Shown piece by piece: positions 61,418 to 64,000 of a stretch of DNA of 64,000 nt. Source of the stretch: Podospora anserina (Eukaryota). Numbering within the stretch: the first letter of the stretch is position 1; every line of letters starts with the position of its first letter. Location of the stretch: contig CM030332.1 of the NCBI GenBank assembly GCA_017654855.1, positions 558,001 to 622,000 of the forward strand. The letters run 5' to 3'. The position numbers and the translations under genes are program-made. Below the pieces are notes generated by a model. The model saw nothing but the letters and a program-made list of their open reading frames with translations. It made no database searches and had not been told where the DNA came from.

Positions 61418-63238
61418 CTAATATGTATGCTTAGAAACAACCCACAACGCCCTCAACAGCGCCACCGCACCGCCCTGCGTCTCGACCGTCCTCCCCCGTC
61501 CACGGGTATTCGGATCATTGTTCCACAGCTCCTTCGACGGACCTGACGTCCGGTGCTCTCTCTTCTTCATGTCCTCCTTGCCCATCTGCATATAAACCGC
61601 CTTTTGCCTCTCCATTGACACACCAGCAACAGCAGGTAGCCCCTCCTTCTCAGCCTCAACCGGCAACGTGATATTGGGGTTCGTCATCATCCAAACCTCA
61701 TTGTGGGGTACCCCACGATTCCGATAATCATCCTCCCCGTGGTCCGGCGGTAGGACGTGAAGTTTCTCAAAATCATCCCAGCTCATCTTCAGCCCCTGCT
61801 CCCATGGAAATAGCCCAATCGTCCACCACATCCCGAATTTCCCATGCTCGTCTCGTGTGCCTAGAGCAGCAACAGCATTATGTCTCAACCAGGGCACATA
61901 CTTCTTGCACTCGGCAAAGTGCTTCGTCCTGATCCGTGCAAGGCCCTGTTGACTCATCCTAGACCCAGCACTAGGCATGATCTTGTCGAGAGAATTTGGC
62001 GAGCAAAATGTGGTAAAGTGATGCATCCAGATACCCTTGAAAGTCTGGGCGTCTTGCGAGCAAGTTCCAAAAACATCACAGGCTTCCTCCAGCACACCCG
62101 CTCGACCAAGACCCTTCCAGCTTGGAAGCAAGTTGGCGTGATAATCATCCAGATTAGCCACAGGTCTGGCCCTCTCTAGATCCCAACCTGTAGCCCGAAT
62201 CACGTCCTTGATGACCTTGTGTCCAGAATTGAGGTACTCCTCACTGCCAGTAGCAACAAACAACCCCAACTGACCCGACAAAATCACACCCTGGTTGTAC
62301 GTATACACCATCTCGTCCCTCTCGTCACACTCGGTATTGTTGCTCCCCTCGCTGTACCCCGAAATGTGGAAACCATCCGCATACAAGCCCTGGTGGTTAA
62401 TCATCCCAGACGACTCCAACCACTCATACCCCAGCTGCGCTGTCCTGAAAAACATGGGATCATGCGGAGGCCAGTCTCTCTTGCCCAAGTCCCTCTTATC
62501 AAGCCCAGGTCTCACCATCATCTCCTCCCACGGACTTGTATTCTCATCCCCCGGGAAATGGAGATACATTCCAATACTCGCCGCAATCCAAAGCTCGTTG
62601 GTGATGGCATTCTTGTACGGACTCAACCTCGGATTCCACAGCATCCCTCCCCCGCACAGCTTCTGATCCCACCCTTTGCTCGAAAGCTCCCAGAATATCC
62701 TCGCCCTGTGGGCAAACGCCGGCGTCCATCTCTCCCCATGCCACCTCCCGTCTCCCAGCTCGTCAATGAACTGTATCGTTTCCAACCAGCCCAGCACAAC
62801 CCAGAGCATGTCGTCGAACGCCTCCCCGCGCAGGGAGAAGACGTCCTGCCCAAAATAAAAGGCAATCAGCTCGCCAAAATACCGGCCGATAAAGTTGGCC
62901 AGGGCGGGGATGACGATATTAGGCTGGGATCTGGCCAGCTCAAAGTCCTCGGTTATGGTCCGCAGAGCTCCCGCGATGTGGGTGCCCATCACGGCTCTAG
63001 TCCAGTCGATGGCGTCGGGCCAGGTGCCAATCCAGTTTTCGAAGTAATGGTTTTGCATGACGTTTATAGAGGCGCAGAGGTCAGCAAAGAGCTGGGTGTC
63101 AGGTCGGCCTGCCCCTTGTGTCGTCACTTGGGGGGACGTGGAGGAGAGGTTGATGAGGGGGTCAGGTTGGAGTTTGACGGTGGCTGCTGCGTTGGCAGCC
63201 GACGCCAGGGCGACGACTGCTGTTTGGAGAAGCCTCAT
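61418..63238 (-). CDS. Glycoside hydrolase family 76 (alpha-1,6-mannanase-like), secreted
   Basis: Signal peptide MRLLQTAVVALASAANA, catalytic FDDMLW, CGGGMLW, YKNAITNEL, YTYNQGVIL, DAQTFKGI. Confidence 0.9.
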   Translation of the reverse strand: MRLLQTAVVALASAANAAATVKLQPDPLINLSSTSPQVTTQGAGRPDTQLFADLCASINVMQNHYFENWIGTWPDAIDWTRAVMGTHIAGALRTITEDFELARSQPNIVIPALANFIGRYFGELIAFYFGQDVFSLRGEAFDDMLWVVLGWLETIQFIDELGDGRWHGERWTPAFAHRARIFWELSSKGWDQKLCGGGMLWNPRLSPYKNAITNELWIAASIGMYLHFPGDENTSPWEEMMVRPGLDKRDLGKRDWPPHDPMFFRTAQLGYEWLESSGMINHQGLYADGFHISGYSEGSNNTECDERDEMVYTYNQGVILSGQLGLFVATGSEEYLNSGHKVIKDVIRATGWDLERARPVANLDDYHANLLPSWKGLGRAGVLEEACDVFGTCSQDAQTFKGIWMHHFTTFCSPNSLDKIMPSAGSRMSQQGLARIRTKHFAECKKYVPWLRHNAVAALGTRDEHGKFGMWWTIGLFPWEQGLKMSWDDFEKLHVLPPDHGEDDYRNRGVPHNEVWMMTNPNITLPVEAEKEGLPAVAGVSMERQKAVYMQMGKEDMKKREHRTSGPSKELWNNDPNTRGRGRTVETQGGAVALLRALWVVSKHTY

Positions 63239-64000
63239 GCCCGGCTTTGGTGTGTGATGTGTTGCTAGAACATGTGATTATGTGACCTCCACCGGTGGGT
63301 GTGAAAAGATGGCAATGTGTGTGACTCTGGAAGTAAAAATGAATGTCTCGTTCCCAGCCAGAGCCTCAAGCCTTCCAAGTATAACCACCACCACCGCAGC
63401 TAAGTTTCAGCCTCTCAACGCCAGTGGAGCTGAACGTTGAGAAGTAAATACCCAGGGACCCAAGGTGTAGGTAGAGCGCATCGAAATCGAAGAAAAAAAC
63501 AATGTCCGTCAACGAAACTGTTCTTTTACCGGCTCTGTCCTGCAATCTGCATCATTTCCACCATCTATATCCCACTCCCACCATTCCAGGACCCAATCGT
63601 TTTCAACAACCCAAACCAGAAAACCAAATTGTGGGAGCTCCCGTCCGTCCCGTGAAGTCTAGTTTTTCGTCCAAAGTTGAATTGAATGTGTGTCAGGCAC
63701 CTCGATGGATCCCCAAATGAAAGATCCCGCCTTGTTGATGCTCGGTTTGATCTCGTTTCCCAAGCCACAATGACCCCCAGATCCAAGTTGGCAAGATCTA
63801 GGCAATCGAGAACAATGGAGAAAGACGAACAATAATGAAAGAAAGATGAGAGCAGAAAAGTTTGATCACGAGTCCGAAACGAACGGGACACACACACACA
63901 CACACGACACCACCACACCCCAACAGCCAAGTTCAATGACACTTGCCAAGATGGAAGGAAGGCCTCAGGAAGGTACCCAAGACACGGAATGTTGCACAGA

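Noticed and set aside
62219-63268. 349-aa antisense ORF opposite the GH76 gene
   Set aside because: Shadow ORF of the sense gene with no recognisable motifs.

Overview
Eukaryotic DNA from a filamentous ascomycete. Short GT..CTAAC..AG introns, a dispersed 5S gene and RIP-like AT-rich patches suggest Sordariales, probably Podospora-like (inference). The window holds 18 ordinary protein genes: UPF0183/PHAF1, kinesin-5 BimC, a HAD hydrolase, Sam37/metaxin, a conserved hypothetical, PIG-U/Gab1, Nop7, Rrn9-like, DUF5672-like, mitochondrial IleRS, Rok1, a SPRY protein, a Ca2+/H+ exchanger, mitochondrial LysRS, Tim10, Stb6-like, Rmd5 and a GH76. It also has an intron-containing tRNA-Leu(AAG), a 5S rRNA, a solo LTR that truncates a vWA/alpha-kinase pseudogene, and an F-box pseudogene. 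Most notable: (i) a non-tRNA Pol III-type unit near 61.0-61.15 kb with TATA, consensus A and B boxes and a T-run terminator; (ii) a 38-aa micro-ORF ending in the class I SH3 ligand RPLPPLP, alone in a ~15 kb gene desert; (iii) a 3-nt microexon in the Ca2+/H+ exchanger; (iv) a possible non-AUG mitochondrial presequence on IleRS; (v) related 21-bp tandem arrays on both sides of RMD5. All calls come from reading the sequence by eye; no searches were run.
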